A stretch of 64,000 nt of DNA from Nitrospinales bacterium (GCA_965223345.1 CBDCWG010000012.1:768001-832000), one strand, 5' to 3'; shown: positions 22,910 through 33,537, counted from the first letter of the stretch. Program-made: numbers and translations. Notes: a model not told the origin generated them from the sequence alone.

Positions 22910-23602
22910 TTGTTGAAATCGTACAAAGCCGTTTTTTTCGATGTCGGCGGCACCCTGTTGAAAGTCCATCCGTCCGTGGGCGAGGTGTACACGCGTCACG
23001 CACGTCCCTACGGATTTTCACAACCGGCGGAAGCGGTGGACCGTGAGTTCCGCAAGCAATGGCGGCAGATGGGCGGGATCGCGTCTTTAGGCAGGCAAAG
23101 CGGCGTCGCGGCCGAAAAAAAATTCTGGCGCGAACTGGTGCTGCGCGTGTTCGACCGGTTCGGCGGGCTCGACGATTTCGAAAACTACTTTGAACATATC
23201 TACGAAGTGTTCAAAGGCAAGGACAGTTGGCGGATTTTTGACGACGTGGTGGAATCGGAAATCTTTCTCAAACTGAAACAGCGGGGTGTCGTTTTGGGAG
23301 TCATTTCAAACTGGGACTCGCGCCTGTCTCACACGCTGACGGCGATCGGGTTGGCAAAGCATTTCGATTTTGTTCTGGTTTCGGCGGAGGTCGGCGCCGC
23401 GAAACCGGACCGGAAAATTTTTGATGAAGCGTTGCGGCTGAGCGGCGTGCGGCCGGAGCAAGCCTGCCATGTGGGTGACGAGCCGGAGACGGATATTCTG
23501 GGCGCGCGCAATGTCGGCATCGATGCGATCCTGGTGGACCGCAAGGGGCGCTACGGCAATGACGTCAAGCCGAAGGTGCGCTCGTTTCTGGAGCTGGTGT
23601 GA
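22910..23602 (+). CDS. HAD-IA family hydrolase
   Basis: FFDVGGTL, ISNWD, KPD, HVGD...D. Confidence 0.92.
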   Translation: MLKSYKAVFFDVGGTLLKVHPSVGEVYTRHARPYGFSQPAEAVDREFRKQWRQMGGIASLGRQSGVAAEKKFWRELVLRVFDRFGGLDDFENYFEHIYEVFKGKDSWRIFDDVVESEIFLKLKQRGVVLGVISNWDSRLSHTLTAIGLAKHFDFVLVSAEVGAAKPDRKIFDEALRLSGVRPEQACHVGDEPETDILGARNVGIDAILVDRKGRYGNDVKPKVRSFLELV

Positions 23603-23612
23603 AGACGCCGTG

Positions 23613-24122
23613 TCAGTTGGGGATGCCTTTGGCGCCGGTGAGGGTGGCCTTGACGAAGGAGGTCCCCTCGACCTTGGCGTGGGTCAGATCGGCGTTGGTC
23701 AGATTGGCTTTGAACAGGGAGACGGCGTGGAGGTTCGCGCCCCGCAGATTGGCCTGAGACAGGTCGGCGAACGAAAGGCTGGCCTTGCTGAGGTTCGCAT
23801 CGGTGAGCGTCGCGGATTTCAGGTCGGACCGGCTCAGGGTGGCGTTGCTGAGGTCGGCCCTGGAGAAGTTGGCTTTATCCAGCTTGGCTTCGGAAAGATC
23901 GGCGTCCGTCAGGTTGGCGCCGGTGAAATTGGACTGCGACAGAAACGCCTTGGTGAATTTGGTTTTTTTCAGCAGGGTTTTGCTGAAATTGGTCTTCACA
24001 AGCGTGATCTCCTGAAAATTCAACCCGGAAAGGTCCAGCCCCGATAAATCGGCGCCCGCCAGATGGGGTTTCGTCCCGTCTTTCAGCAGTTCCTTGATTT
24101 TGGCGACCGTGATGTTGGCCAT
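23613..24122 (-). CDS. Pentapeptide repeat protein
   Basis: Tandem A(D/N)L(S/T)x repeats throughout. Confidence 0.92.
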   Translation of the reverse strand: MANITVAKIKELLKDGTKPHLAGADLSGLDLSGLNFQEITLVKTNFSKTLLKKTKFTKAFLSQSNFTGANLTDADLSEAKLDKANFSRADLSNATLSRSDLKSATLTDANLSKASLSFADLSQANLRGANLHAVSLFKANLTNADLTHAKVEGTSFVKATLTGAKGIPN

Positions 24123-24191
24123 GATTTCCCACCTTCGTTTGTGAATTCTCCCGCGACTATAAACTCGAATCGATTTTTTAACAATCCATAA

Positions 24192-25703
24192 TTACGGCTG
24201 TTCGGTCTGAGATTTTTTCAGTTGCCTGTTTTTCCACAACTCGTGGGTTAAAAGCAGGTAAAAGGGCAGGTATTCCAACCAGGGGATCCAGGCGGACAGG
24301 TGCTGGGTTTCCTGGTAGTCGAAATAAAAATCCAGATAATACAGCCCGATCAAGCCGGTGAGCAGAATCCAGGACGGTCTGGGAAACAGGCAGAAAAAGG
24401 GCAGCACCCACAACAGGTACCAGGGGTTCTGCACCGGGCTCAGCAGAAACACCAGAGCCATGAGGACGAAGCATTTTAAGAGCAGGTTCTCTGTCTGAGG
24501 CGCCGGCTTTTTGATCAGAAAGTAGAGCAGGGTGCCGAGAAGAATCCCGACTACGGTCAACTTGCTCAAAAACACACCCAGGTTGGTGCCGATGAACGAT
24601 GTGGTGGGGGCGTCGAAGCCCAGCAGGTCCTTGTAAACATAGAGCAGGATGGCAAACAGGCTGTCGTTGCTCTGCCAGAAGGTGGAAAAGGTCTTCAGGC
24701 CCTCGAAGGTGCCCCATCCGGTTGCGATGAAGGGCAGGTAAAAGGCTGCGGTCACGGCGCCGAACAAAGCCGTGCAGCCCGCAACCGCGCCCCAGCCCGA
24801 CTGCTGCTCCTGCCGGGATTCGAGGTAGATCTGTTGCAGGTAAATGGGAAGCAGGATCGCTGAATAGAGTTTCGAGAGAAAGCTGAGCGCGAGAAAAAAC
24901 ACGGCGGGGTAGTGCCGCCGGGTCAGAATGAAATAGATGGAGACGCACAACAGCGCCACGCCGATGATATCCAGATGCGTGGAGTTGAAGGTTTCCTTGA
25001 TCAGCAGCGGGGACCAGTAATAGATCAGGCAGAGGTTTTTGGAGCGGCCCAGTCTTTTCAATATTAGCACGATGAATGCCAGTGCCAGGCCGTCCCAGGC
25101 CAGAAAGACGCCGCGCAGGGCGAGGATGCTGTCGGGCTGGATGAAGTGCGCCAGGCGGAAGACGTACTGCGCCATCGGCGGGTAGATGGTGAGCACGTGG
25201 GGGTGGTTCACCCGCTCCAGTGTGGTCAGAGAGTCCTGGCTTTTCCATTTGAGCTGGTTCAGCAGGTCGAGGTCGGCCCTTTGCCGCTCATCGTAGGTTT
25301 CCAGGAAACCCTTCGGGTCCTGAATCTTGAAATTCAAATACTCGTTGGCTTCCTGCGGGGCGTATTCGTAAGGGTTGACGCCGTGGGCGAACACCTTTCC
25401 GTCCCACAGGTAGCGGTACACGTCGTCTTCCTGGATCTGATTGGCGGGGAAGATCGCGGCCCGAAACAGCAGCCCGAACGCGATACAGATCCAGAAAGAG
25501 GGGCGATCCTCCTTTGCGCGCAGAACGATGCAGCAGGCGACCGCGTACAGGGCGAACAGAGCGAAATAGAGGGCCAGATAAGTGAGGATGGGACGATCGG
25601 CGTAGCCTTCTCCCCAGTTGAATTGACGCGAGAGGGCTGTCATGCCCCCGTAGAGAAGGCAGCTGGTGATTCCAAGCGAGGCCAGAATGAGACGTGTCCG
25701 CAT
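24192..25703 (-). CDS. GT-C fold membrane glycosyltransferase (GT87/DUF2029-like)
   Basis: EDDVYRYLWDG...NPY, TIYPP, PWYLLW; many TM helices. Confidence 0.8.
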   Translation of the reverse strand: MRTRLILASLGITSCLLYGGMTALSRQFNWGEGYADRPILTYLALYFALFALYAVACCIVLRAKEDRPSFWICIAFGLLFRAAIFPANQIQEDDVYRYLWDGKVFAHGVNPYEYAPQEANEYLNFKIQDPKGFLETYDERQRADLDLLNQLKWKSQDSLTTLERVNHPHVLTIYPPMAQYVFRLAHFIQPDSILALRGVFLAWDGLALAFIVLILKRLGRSKNLCLIYYWSPLLIKETFNSTHLDIIGVALLCVSIYFILTRRHYPAVFFLALSFLSKLYSAILLPIYLQQIYLESRQEQQSGWGAVAGCTALFGAVTAAFYLPFIATGWGTFEGLKTFSTFWQSNDSLFAILLYVYKDLLGFDAPTTSFIGTNLGVFLSKLTVVGILLGTLLYFLIKKPAPQTENLLLKCFVLMALVFLLSPVQNPWYLLWVLPFFCLFPRPSWILLTGLIGLYYLDFYFDYQETQHLSAWIPWLEYLPFYLLLTHELWKNRQLKKSQTEQP

Positions 25704-25822
25704 GAGGCGGTGGCAAAAAGGGTGCGCCGGTTGGCGGGTCGAACGGGTTTAAAAAACAGAGGGGAAATTATAAAGCAAATGCGGGAGCAATACCAGCCGG
25801 GGGCGGCTTGAGAGCGGGCGGG

Positions 25823-26782
25823 TCAGGAGTTTTGCGCCACCGAGTCGCGGGATGGCTCGGAATCGTCGCTGTCCTCGGGAGTGTCTTCCTCTTGTTGGGA
25901 CGCTTCGGCTTCCTCGATCTTCCTGTTGGCGATTTCGGTCATCAGCTCGAACACTTCGACCAGGCTGCGGTGGACTTCGGGGTTGTCTTCCTTGATCGAC
26001 AAAGCGGTCCAGTAGCTCTGCACCGCTTCCTGATAGAGTTTCTCCCGTTTGTAAAGATTTCCCAGCCGGACGAGAATGTCGTCCCGCCCCGGCTGCAGCA
26101 GGCTGACCCGTTCCAGGATATTGATCGCTTCGAAGATCTGGTTGGTGTTTGCGTATTGCGTCGCCAGCTCTTCCATATACTGCGGGACGTTCGGTTCCAG
26201 TTCGACGGCCTCTTTCAATTTTTCGATGCAGGTGGAAGTCCTGCCCTGCTTGCAGAACACCCTGCCGAGCCGGTAATGGGTGATGGCGTGGTTTTTATCC
26301 AGCGAAAGCGCCTGGCGGTATATGGTTTCGGCTTCGGCGAATTTCTTTTTGCGTTCCAGGTATTCACCCAGCGCGCTCAACGGGTCAGGGCTGTCGCGGT
26401 CGTTTTCAGCGGCGATTTTCAGTTCCTGGTAGGCTTTCTTCGGGTCCCCCAGTGCGTAGTGCACGGCGGCGAGGTTGATGCGGCTGTTGGTGTCCTCGGT
26501 TTTTTCCAGGATCTCATTGTAGAGCTCCATGGACTGACGCAGTTTTCCCAGGTCCTGATACACCACGGCGAGATTGTATTTGGCGAACAGGTCGTCCGGG
26601 TTTTTGCGGATGGCGAGCTTGTAAGCCTTGATCGCCTCCGTGTATTTCCCCTTGTCGTACAGCTCGACCCCGCGATTGTAGTGGCTTTCCACGGGCAGAG
26701 GCTGTTCCGCACATCCGCTCAGCGCGAGGACGCCAGCGAGAAAAAAAGACAACCGAAAACGATGGAAGCGTTGATTCGACAT
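25823..26782 (-). CDS. TPR repeat lipoprotein
   Basis: Lipobox LSGC; multiple TPR units. Confidence 0.85.
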   Translation of the reverse strand: MSNQRFHRFRLSFFLAGVLALSGCAEQPLPVESHYNRGVELYDKGKYTEAIKAYKLAIRKNPDDLFAKYNLAVVYQDLGKLRQSMELYNEILEKTEDTNSRINLAAVHYALGDPKKAYQELKIAAENDRDSPDPLSALGEYLERKKKFAEAETIYRQALSLDKNHAITHYRLGRVFCKQGRTSTCIEKLKEAVELEPNVPQYMEELATQYANTNQIFEAINILERVSLLQPGRDDILVRLGNLYKREKLYQEAVQSYWTALSIKEDNPEVHRSLVEVFELMTEIANRKIEEAEASQQEEDTPEDSDDSEPSRDSVAQNS

Positions 26783-26787
26783 AGAAA

Positions 26788-27918
26788 TTACTTGCTAGAA
26801 ATTTTATCCAGGCGCTGCATGCGAAAATCCCCCGGTGCGTACACCGGTACCGGTTCCCCGCGATACAGCGTTTTATTTTGAGGCGGTTCCCCGGCGAGCC
26901 TGTAGTTGCTCTGACTCAGATCTTCCGTGAGGGACTTTAAATTCTGTGACGATTCGTTGAGGTTTTTGATCAGCTCCAGAAGGTTTCTGCGGTTTTCGAT
27001 CCTTCCTTCTTTGTTGCTCTGGAGCGCCTGATCGAGGCTGGTTGCGGTGAAGCGAATGTTTTCGATGACTTTATCGACATCCGTGTTCAAAACGGTGACC
27101 AACTGCGCCAGGTCTTCCTGGTTCTCTTTCAGCAGCACATCCAGTTTCCAGGTCAGGGTTCCGGCGCGTTTGATGAGGTCGTCCAGCCGTTTTTCTTTCG
27201 CCTCCAGCAGGTTGTCGGCTTTCGAAGCGACGGAAGCGATGCTCTCGACCGTGTCTCCCAGGTTGTTGCCGCTGCTCTGGAAGATCACCCCCAACTGGCT
27301 GGACACATCGAGGAGGTTTTTCATGCTGGCCTGCGTTTCCTGCCGGTTCTGGGCCAGGATCGCCTCGACATTGCTGAGGGAAGCCTGAAACGTTTTCAGC
27401 GTTTCCTTGGAGTCGTTCGTCAATCCCTCGGCGAGCACCGTCAGCCGCTTCATCTGCAGGACCATGTCCTCCATCATCGCTCCGGCTTCGGCTTGCTCGA
27501 CGGGTTCGATTCCCAGCAACTGTTCGTCTTCGCCGAGCACCTTGGCGTCGGGGCTTCCGGGAAAGATTTCCAGAAACGGTTTGCCGCCGGGCAGGGATGA
27601 ATTTTTGACCGCGGCCACCGAATCCTTCTTGAGCGGGACGGACGCCTTGATCCTGGCGAGAACGCGCACCTGCTTTCCGTTCGGATCGTTTCCGGGATCC
27701 AGCCGATGGATCTCCGCCACTTTGCCGACTTTGCGGCCGGCGATCCGGATGGGCGCGCCCGAATCGAGATCGCCTGTGGAATCAAACACGATGTGGACCT
27801 TTTTCTGCTGCTCCAGGCCGTTTTCCAGGCCGCCGAGAAAAAACACCAGCGCCACGAGCACCACCACGCTCAAAAAGATAAACATACCCGCTTTGTATTC
27901 CGAAGAACGGTATTCCAT
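26788..27918 (-). CDS. MlaD/MCE family protein with long helical tail
   Basis: N-terminal TM helix; GAPIRIAGRKVGKV MCE motif; coiled-coil C-terminus. Confidence 0.85.
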   Translation of the reverse strand: MEYRSSEYKAGMFIFLSVVVLVALVFFLGGLENGLEQQKKVHIVFDSTGDLDSGAPIRIAGRKVGKVAEIHRLDPGNDPNGKQVRVLARIKASVPLKKDSVAAVKNSSLPGGKPFLEIFPGSPDAKVLGEDEQLLGIEPVEQAEAGAMMEDMVLQMKRLTVLAEGLTNDSKETLKTFQASLSNVEAILAQNRQETQASMKNLLDVSSQLGVIFQSSGNNLGDTVESIASVASKADNLLEAKEKRLDDLIKRAGTLTWKLDVLLKENQEDLAQLVTVLNTDVDKVIENIRFTATSLDQALQSNKEGRIENRRNLLELIKNLNESSQNLKSLTEDLSQSNYRLAGEPPQNKTLYRGEPVPVYAPGDFRMQRLDKISSK

Positions 27919-27921
27919 AGT

Positions 27922-28728
27922 TCAAAAAGAAGTCAGTGCTTTGCCGGGTTCGTTAAAAATATTCGTGTTGTACGCGAAGGGGATGGGGCCGTCCGGAGCG
28001 CCCTGCATGAACTGGACGACGCGCGGATCGGAATGGGTCTTTAAATCCTTTGGAGATCCGGTGGCGATGATCCTACCCTGCTGCAACATGAGCATCCGGT
28101 CGGAAATCCGCAAGGCCGATTGCACGTCCTGCGTGATCACGATGCTGGTGATCCACATCTTGCGGTTGAGATCGCCGATGAGCTTTTCCATCACCCCCGC
28201 CGCGATGGGATCCAGTCCGTGAAACGGTTCGTCGTAGATGATGATTTTCGGGTCGAGGGCGATGGCCCGGGCGAGGGCGACGCGTTTGACCATTCCCGGT
28301 GTCAGCTGATCGGGGTTGGAAAGTTCCAGTCCCTTCAATCCCACCATTTCCAGTTTCATCTTCACCATGATGCGGATGGTGCTTTCGTTCAGGTCCGTGT
28401 GTTCCCTGAGCGGCAACGCCACATTTTCTTCCACACTGAGCGAGTGGAACAGGGCTCCGCTTTGGAACAGGATGCCGATGTTTTTCCGCATCCGGTTTTT
28501 GGCTTCCGCATCCATGGAAACGATGTCTTTGCCTTCGATGCACACTTCGCCGGAATCCGGGGCGCTGGCGCCGATGAGATATTTGAGCAGCGCGTTTTTG
28601 CCGCTTTCGCTGTCTCCGACGATCGATGTGATCTGGCCCCGTTCGAAACGGGCGGTGAAGCCGTCCAAAAGGCGCGTGATCTTTTCCGGTTGATGGAGGG
28701 TCTTGTGGAGGTTTTTGATTTCTATCAT
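27922..28728 (-). CDS. MlaF/Mkl-like ABC ATP-binding protein with degenerate motifs
   Basis: LFQSGALF..L.V.ENV and KRVALARAIALDP..IIYDEP identify MlaF. Walker A reads GDSESGKN, signature LTPGM, H-loop ITQD. Confidence 0.85.
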   Translation of the reverse strand: MIEIKNLHKTLHQPEKITRLLDGFTARFERGQITSIVGDSESGKNALLKYLIGASAPDSGEVCIEGKDIVSMDAEAKNRMRKNIGILFQSGALFHSLSVEENVALPLREHTDLNESTIRIMVKMKLEMVGLKGLELSNPDQLTPGMVKRVALARAIALDPKIIIYDEPFHGLDPIAAGVMEKLIGDLNRKMWITSIVITQDVQSALRISDRMLMLQQGRIIATGSPKDLKTHSDPRVVQFMQGAPDGPIPFAYNTNIFNEPGKALTSF

Positions 28729-29606
28729 CGCAGTAAGTAAAAGAAAGAGTTGAACAACAGATCGGCAGTGAGTATCAGGATCATGGAGATCACCACCGCG
28801 GTGCGGGTGTTGGGTCCCACCTGCTTTGCATCCCCGTCGATGGTGAACGCGAGGTAACTGCCCACCATGACGATGATGATCGCGAAGGCGCCGCTTTTGA
28901 TCAGGCCGGTGACGAGATCCGCAACGCCCAGCGATTGGCTGGAAACACTCAAATAAACAGCGGGATCGATTCCCAATGTGGTGACTCCGGTCATGAATCC
29001 GCCCAGAAGCGCCATCGCGTCACCCATGACGGTCAGGCAGGGAAGCATGACCAGGATGGCCAGAAACCGCGGCGTGATCAGTATCTTGACGGGATTCAAC
29101 GCCATCGCTTCCAGCGCCAGGATTTCATCGGATGTCTTCATGGCTCCCAATTCCGCTGTGAACGCAGCGCCCACCCGGCCCGCCAGAACGAGGGCGGTGA
29201 GAAGCGGGCCGATCTCTCCCAGCACCGCGGCTACCATGAGAGAACCCAGGTGGTCGGGCGTGCCGAGGCGGGACAATTGCAGAGAAAGGATGACGCCGAT
29301 CAAAAAGGCAACCAACAGAACGAGAGGCAGAGAACGCACACCGATTTCTTCCATTTGTTTCCAGATGGGAGCCCATCGGTTGGACTTGCCGCGCAACGGT
29401 TCGATGAAAGAACAAACCAGCGTCGCCTTGGTCAGTTCATAGAGTCCGTTGATTTCTCTGAAAAAATCCAGAGCGGCTTCCCGGAATGAAATCTTGTTTT
29501 TTTCAAGCTGCCAAACGTTCTTCACAACGTGTTTCCTTCCCTGCGTTGCTACCGTGTTTTGAAACAGAACCTTGGAAAAGGCAGACCGGTTTCCCGTTTC
29601 ATCCAC
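28725..29606 (-). CDS. MlaE-family ABC permease
   Basis: GPLLTALVLAGRVGAAFTAELGAMK; start uncertain. Confidence 0.85.
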   Translation of the reverse strand: MDETGNRSAFSKVLFQNTVATQGRKHVVKNVWQLEKNKISFREAALDFFREINGLYELTKATLVCSFIEPLRGKSNRWAPIWKQMEEIGVRSLPLVLLVAFLIGVILSLQLSRLGTPDHLGSLMVAAVLGEIGPLLTALVLAGRVGAAFTAELGAMKTSDEILALEAMALNPVKILITPRFLAILVMLPCLTVMGDAMALLGGFMTGVTTLGIDPAVYLSVSSQSLGVADLVTGLIKSGAFAIIIVMVGSYLAFTIDGDAKQVGPNTRTAVVISMILILTADLLFNSFFYLLR

Positions 29607-30441
29607 AAAGTGGCGATGGGCGGAGATCCCTTGATTTGACGGGCGATTCCGCTGGTTTGCCGCATCGATTGAACTGTTGTCTCCTCCTGAATTTTAAATT
29701 TATGACACTTCACAGAGAGGAACAACCACTGGTTTGTTTTTTTTCTTCAACCGTAAGTAATGTTTGGCTTTTCCGTCGGAAAAATTTTCACTCCAAAAAA
29801 AGTTTGCAACGCGCAAAAGAAAAAAGAGAAAGTGCCGCTTCAAGGAATGTGATGCAGAGTGTTGTTTCGTTTTGCTTTTTACAAATTCATCGTTGTCCTT
29901 GTTCTGCGCCTGTTGTTAGCAAACGATTTGATCGCCTGTGAAAACGCTCAACCGGACTGGGTGCGTGTGAACGACGACGCGGGTTGCATCGGGTGCGAGG
30001 CGGCAATCTGTCATCGCTGGAATCGGTCTTGAATGTGAGATCTTTTATGGAGAGCGGTGCCATCTCACATGAAAACAAGGCGTGCGAAAAATGTGATTTT
30101 TCTCATGCGAAAATGCCGCATGAATGCGTCAATCCGAGGTTGCACTTTTGCGGCTTCACGAACATAATGTCGATTTTTGTGGCCCCGCAAACCTCGCTTG
30201 TTTGCAAACAGGGAGCCGGTGTTTTCTATTTATTGCGCTGGGTTTCGGCGCATGCGCCGACCCCATTAGAGGTGAGGGACGCCGCGATCGGGCGGGCCCG
30301 CAGCGCTTCCGGTAGAAGGTATTATTTTTCAAACGTTATCGAGGCGATTTGGCAAATTTTGCCTTTATCTTGACCGGCAACAAAGCTACAATAATTAGGT
30401 TAAACAAGGCTCTAAACCGTCGTTCCCGATGAAGAATTGAA

Positions 30442-30768
30442 ATGCAAGGATCCTGGGAAGGGATACATTCGATCCTGTCAAAATCCCTGTCGTTGATCCA
30501 GGTTTCACCTGAAAATTCTCTGGAATGGGTTTCGTTTAGCTGGGACTTCACGGTGGGCCAGGAAATCGCTGCGGTTTCGGAAGTCGTGGGGCTTTCCGCC
30601 AAAACGCTTTTCGTTCAAGTGAACGATCCGAAATGGATTCCGGTTTTGCAAACCATGAACTATAAATTGCTGGGCAAAATCAAAAAGCAGACGGGATTGG
30701 AAACGCTGGAACGGATTCAGTTCAAACCCCTTTCGCCGGGCGCCGCGAGGCCATCGCATCCTTCCTGA
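30442..30768 (+). CDS. DciA/DUF721 family protein
   Basis: W...VG.EIA...L.V.V..P.W...L pattern of DUF721. Confidence 0.7.
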   Translation: MQGSWEGIHSILSKSLSLIQVSPENSLEWVSFSWDFTVGQEIAAVSEVVGLSAKTLFVQVNDPKWIPVLQTMNYKLLGKIKKQTGLETLERIQFKPLSPGAARPSHPS

Positions 30769-30804
30769 TCGGCCGGAATAAAGTTTCAGAATGAATTCAA
30801 ATGC

Positions 30805-32685
30805 GTGTTTAAGATAGAGAGACAAGGAAAAATGCACATGATCAAAGATCCGACTCCTCGAAAAAGTTCTCCTTTCAGTTTCAGGAAACAACCTTTTTAT
30901 ACACTGGCGGTGGTTACCCTGGGCGGGCTGATTTCTGCCTGCAATACGTTGCCTTCGGGGCACGCGTCTTCCGGGTCGATCGATTTGTCTTCCTCTTATG
31001 CCGTTCCGGTGGGGGCGCGGTCGAATGGCGAAAGCCACAAGGAAGTCCACCGGGACCCCAGGGCCTATTACAACTATCTGTTGGCATTGAAGGCGGAACG
31101 GGATGCGGATTTTTCAAAAGCCGCCACGCATTATCAAAAGGTGGTGGAGTACGATTCCCATTCGGAAGAAATCCACGAGAAACTCGCCGGGTTGTTGTTG
31201 CGGTCCGGGCGGTTCGACGAGCTGGCGGATTTCAGCAAACGGGCTTTGGAATTGTTTCCGAAAAACCTGGCCTTGAACATGATCATGGGCGACATCCTGG
31301 CGGGCCGGGGCGAGTACTACAGCGCCATCAAGTACTACGGCAACGTGGCGCGCATGGATCCCGGCGGCGCGCGCGCCTACCTTTTGCAGGGAACCGTCTA
31401 CGAGGAGTTGAAGCAATACGATCGCGCGCAGGAGATGTTCAAGAAGGTGGTGCTCTCCGAGCCTTCCAACCCCCTCGGGCACCATTATCTGGGGCGGTCT
31501 TACCTCAAACAGAACAACCTGGAAGATGCGGAACGGAGCCTGGAAAAATCGGTTTCCCTGCGCCCGAACTTCGTTCACTCCCGGGAGCATCTGGCCTGGG
31601 TTCTGAAACAGCAGGGCAAACTCGACCAGGCCCGCAGGGAGTACAAACTCCTGCTCAAGCTGAACCCCCGCAACAAGCGGGTGCGCGAGCATCTGGAAAG
31701 CCTGCAGGGCGAGAACGGCGACTCAAAGGACGCACAGAAAGGCGAGGCGGGGATTCCCAAAGAGCTGGAAAAACAGCCCGATGTGCACATGAACATCGCC
31801 ACGATCTTTTACGAGCAGGCCATTTACCTCAAGGCCCTGGATGAGTTTCAGCTCACCCTGCTCAAGGAAGACCGCAAGGAACCGCACATGCTCATGGCGC
31901 GGATCTACGAAATCCTGGGCAAGCTGGACAAGTCGATCGAGGAGTTTGAAATCTTAAGGAAAATGAACCCCGAATCGGTGGAGATCCTGCGCTACACCGC
32001 CCGGTTGTACAGTTTGAATCAGCAGCCTGAGGAGGCGGTGAAGCTGCTGAAAAAAGCGGTCGAGATGCAGCCTGAAAACGATTCGTTGTACCATTCGCTC
32101 TCGCTCGCCTACATGACCAGTGAGAAGTACGATCTGGCGATCGAAAACATGCGCACCGCGATCACCCTCAACGACAGCAAGGATTCCTATTATTTTGAAT
32201 TGGGTGCCCTGCTGGAACGGTCCGGCGAGTACGACAGCGCGATCGAAAACATGCAGCGCGCCATCGAGATCAACCCGATGCATTCCAACGCGCACAATTT
32301 TCTCGGCTACATGTATGCCACTCAGGGCCGGTATCTGGACAAAGCGCTCACGCATTTAAAGAAAGCCCTTTCGATCCAGCCGCGCAACGGCTACTTTCTG
32401 GACAGCCTCGGATGGATCTATTACAAAAAAGGCGAATCGCAAAAGGCGCTTCAGGAGATCAAAAAAGCCATGGTCTACACCGCGCCGGACCCGGTGCTTT
32501 ACGACCACCTGGGGGACATTCAGTTTTCTTTGAAAAATTACTCGGAGGCGAGTGGCGCCTGGAAAACCAGCCTGTCCCTGACGCGCATCAAAAAAGAAGA
32601 GGATGAGGCCGGAGAATTGCCCGATCCCAAGGTCTTGAAAGAGAAGATCGAAAAGGCGCACAACCTTCTCAGGCAAGGATTTTAG
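30805..32685 (+). CDS. Large TPR repeat lipoprotein
   Basis: Lipobox ISAC; many TPRs; NFLGY...FLDSLGWIYYK; typical position upstream of lolB-ispE. True start may be slightly downstream. Confidence 0.88.
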   Translation: MFKIERQGKMHMIKDPTPRKSSPFSFRKQPFYTLAVVTLGGLISACNTLPSGHASSGSIDLSSSYAVPVGARSNGESHKEVHRDPRAYYNYLLALKAERDADFSKAATHYQKVVEYDSHSEEIHEKLAGLLLRSGRFDELADFSKRALELFPKNLALNMIMGDILAGRGEYYSAIKYYGNVARMDPGGARAYLLQGTVYEELKQYDRAQEMFKKVVLSEPSNPLGHHYLGRSYLKQNNLEDAERSLEKSVSLRPNFVHSREHLAWVLKQQGKLDQARREYKLLLKLNPRNKRVREHLESLQGENGDSKDAQKGEAGIPKELEKQPDVHMNIATIFYEQAIYLKALDEFQLTLLKEDRKEPHMLMARIYEILGKLDKSIEEFEILRKMNPESVEILRYTARLYSLNQQPEEAVKLLKKAVEMQPENDSLYHSLSLAYMTSEKYDLAIENMRTAITLNDSKDSYYFELGALLERSGEYDSAIENMQRAIEINPMHSNAHNFLGYMYATQGRYLDKALTHLKKALSIQPRNGYFLDSLGWIYYKKGESQKALQEIKKAMVYTAPDPVLYDHLGDIQFSLKNYSEASGAWKTSLSLTRIKKEEDEAGELPDPKVLKEKIEKAHNLLRQGF

Positions 32686-32702
32686 GTTTCCTCCTGCATA
32701 GC

Positions 32703-33521
32703 ATGATGATTCTGAGGACATTTGCATTTCCCACCGCAGCATTCTGGGGGCTGGCGGCGGTCGGCTTTTTTCTGTCTGCCTGCCAAACCGTGCCCGGCGG
32801 TTCCGATCATCTTTCCCGCGACCAGGTTTCCCTCGAATACATCCACCAGACCCTGCTCGAGCGGCAATCCGGCATTAACGACCTGAAATCCTTCGTCAAC
32901 ACCAAGGTGCGGGGAAAGAAGATACGGCACTCGTTCCGGCAGGTGATCCTGGTTCGGGACGACAATTCCTTGAGGATCGACACCTTCAACCTGTTCGGCC
33001 AGACCCTGGGGGTTTTCATCATCGACGGGCCCAACACGCTGCTCTACGACCCGGGACGCAACCGCTTGTTTCGCGGACGAGATGTGAACGCCATGCTGCA
33101 AAGGACGATCGGCATCAATCTCGATCTGCGCGCCTATGCCAGCGTGTTTTTCGGCAACATCCCGCAACTGCACCAGCTCAAAATCATCCGCGGCCGTCTC
33201 AGCGAAGACCGCAAACAGTACCAGCTGACGGCAATCGATCCTGAAAAGAAAGGCACGGTGGAGATCGATCTGGACGCGTTCACGCTGCTTCCTTCTCGGG
33301 TGTCGCGGCTGGACAACGGCGAGCCCACCTATCAGGTCCACTGGGAGGATTACCGCCGGGTGGGCGACCGCGATTTCCCCCATCGCTTGACCCTGGAATT
33401 GCCCGTACGCGGCGAAACCATGACGCTCAAGTACACGGATCCCACGCTCAATGCGGGGCTGCCCGGAGACGCGTTCGACCTGCCCAAGGAGGCGGAGAGC
33501 CTTTCCCTCTCGCGGTATTAG
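32703..33521 (+). CDS. LolB/LolA-like lipoprotein (DUF4292-like)
   Basis: Lipobox LSAC; beta-rich; lies between the TPR gene and ispE. Confidence 0.65.
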   Translation: MMILRTFAFPTAAFWGLAAVGFFLSACQTVPGGSDHLSRDQVSLEYIHQTLLERQSGINDLKSFVNTKVRGKKIRHSFRQVILVRDDNSLRIDTFNLFGQTLGVFIIDGPNTLLYDPGRNRLFRGRDVNAMLQRTIGINLDLRAYASVFFGNIPQLHQLKIIRGRLSEDRKQYQLTAIDPEKKGTVEIDLDAFTLLPSRVSRLDNGEPTYQVHWEDYRRVGDRDFPHRLTLELPVRGETMTLKYTDPTLNAGLPGDAFDLPKEAESLSLSRY

Positions 33522-33537
33522 CCCGATCCGGGCTCCC

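Noticed and set aside
22686..22916. Short ORFs in AT-rich intergenic regions (also 29486-29941, 29984-30373, 52380-52652)
   Set aside because: Atypical composition, no clear RBS or motifs; most likely non-coding.
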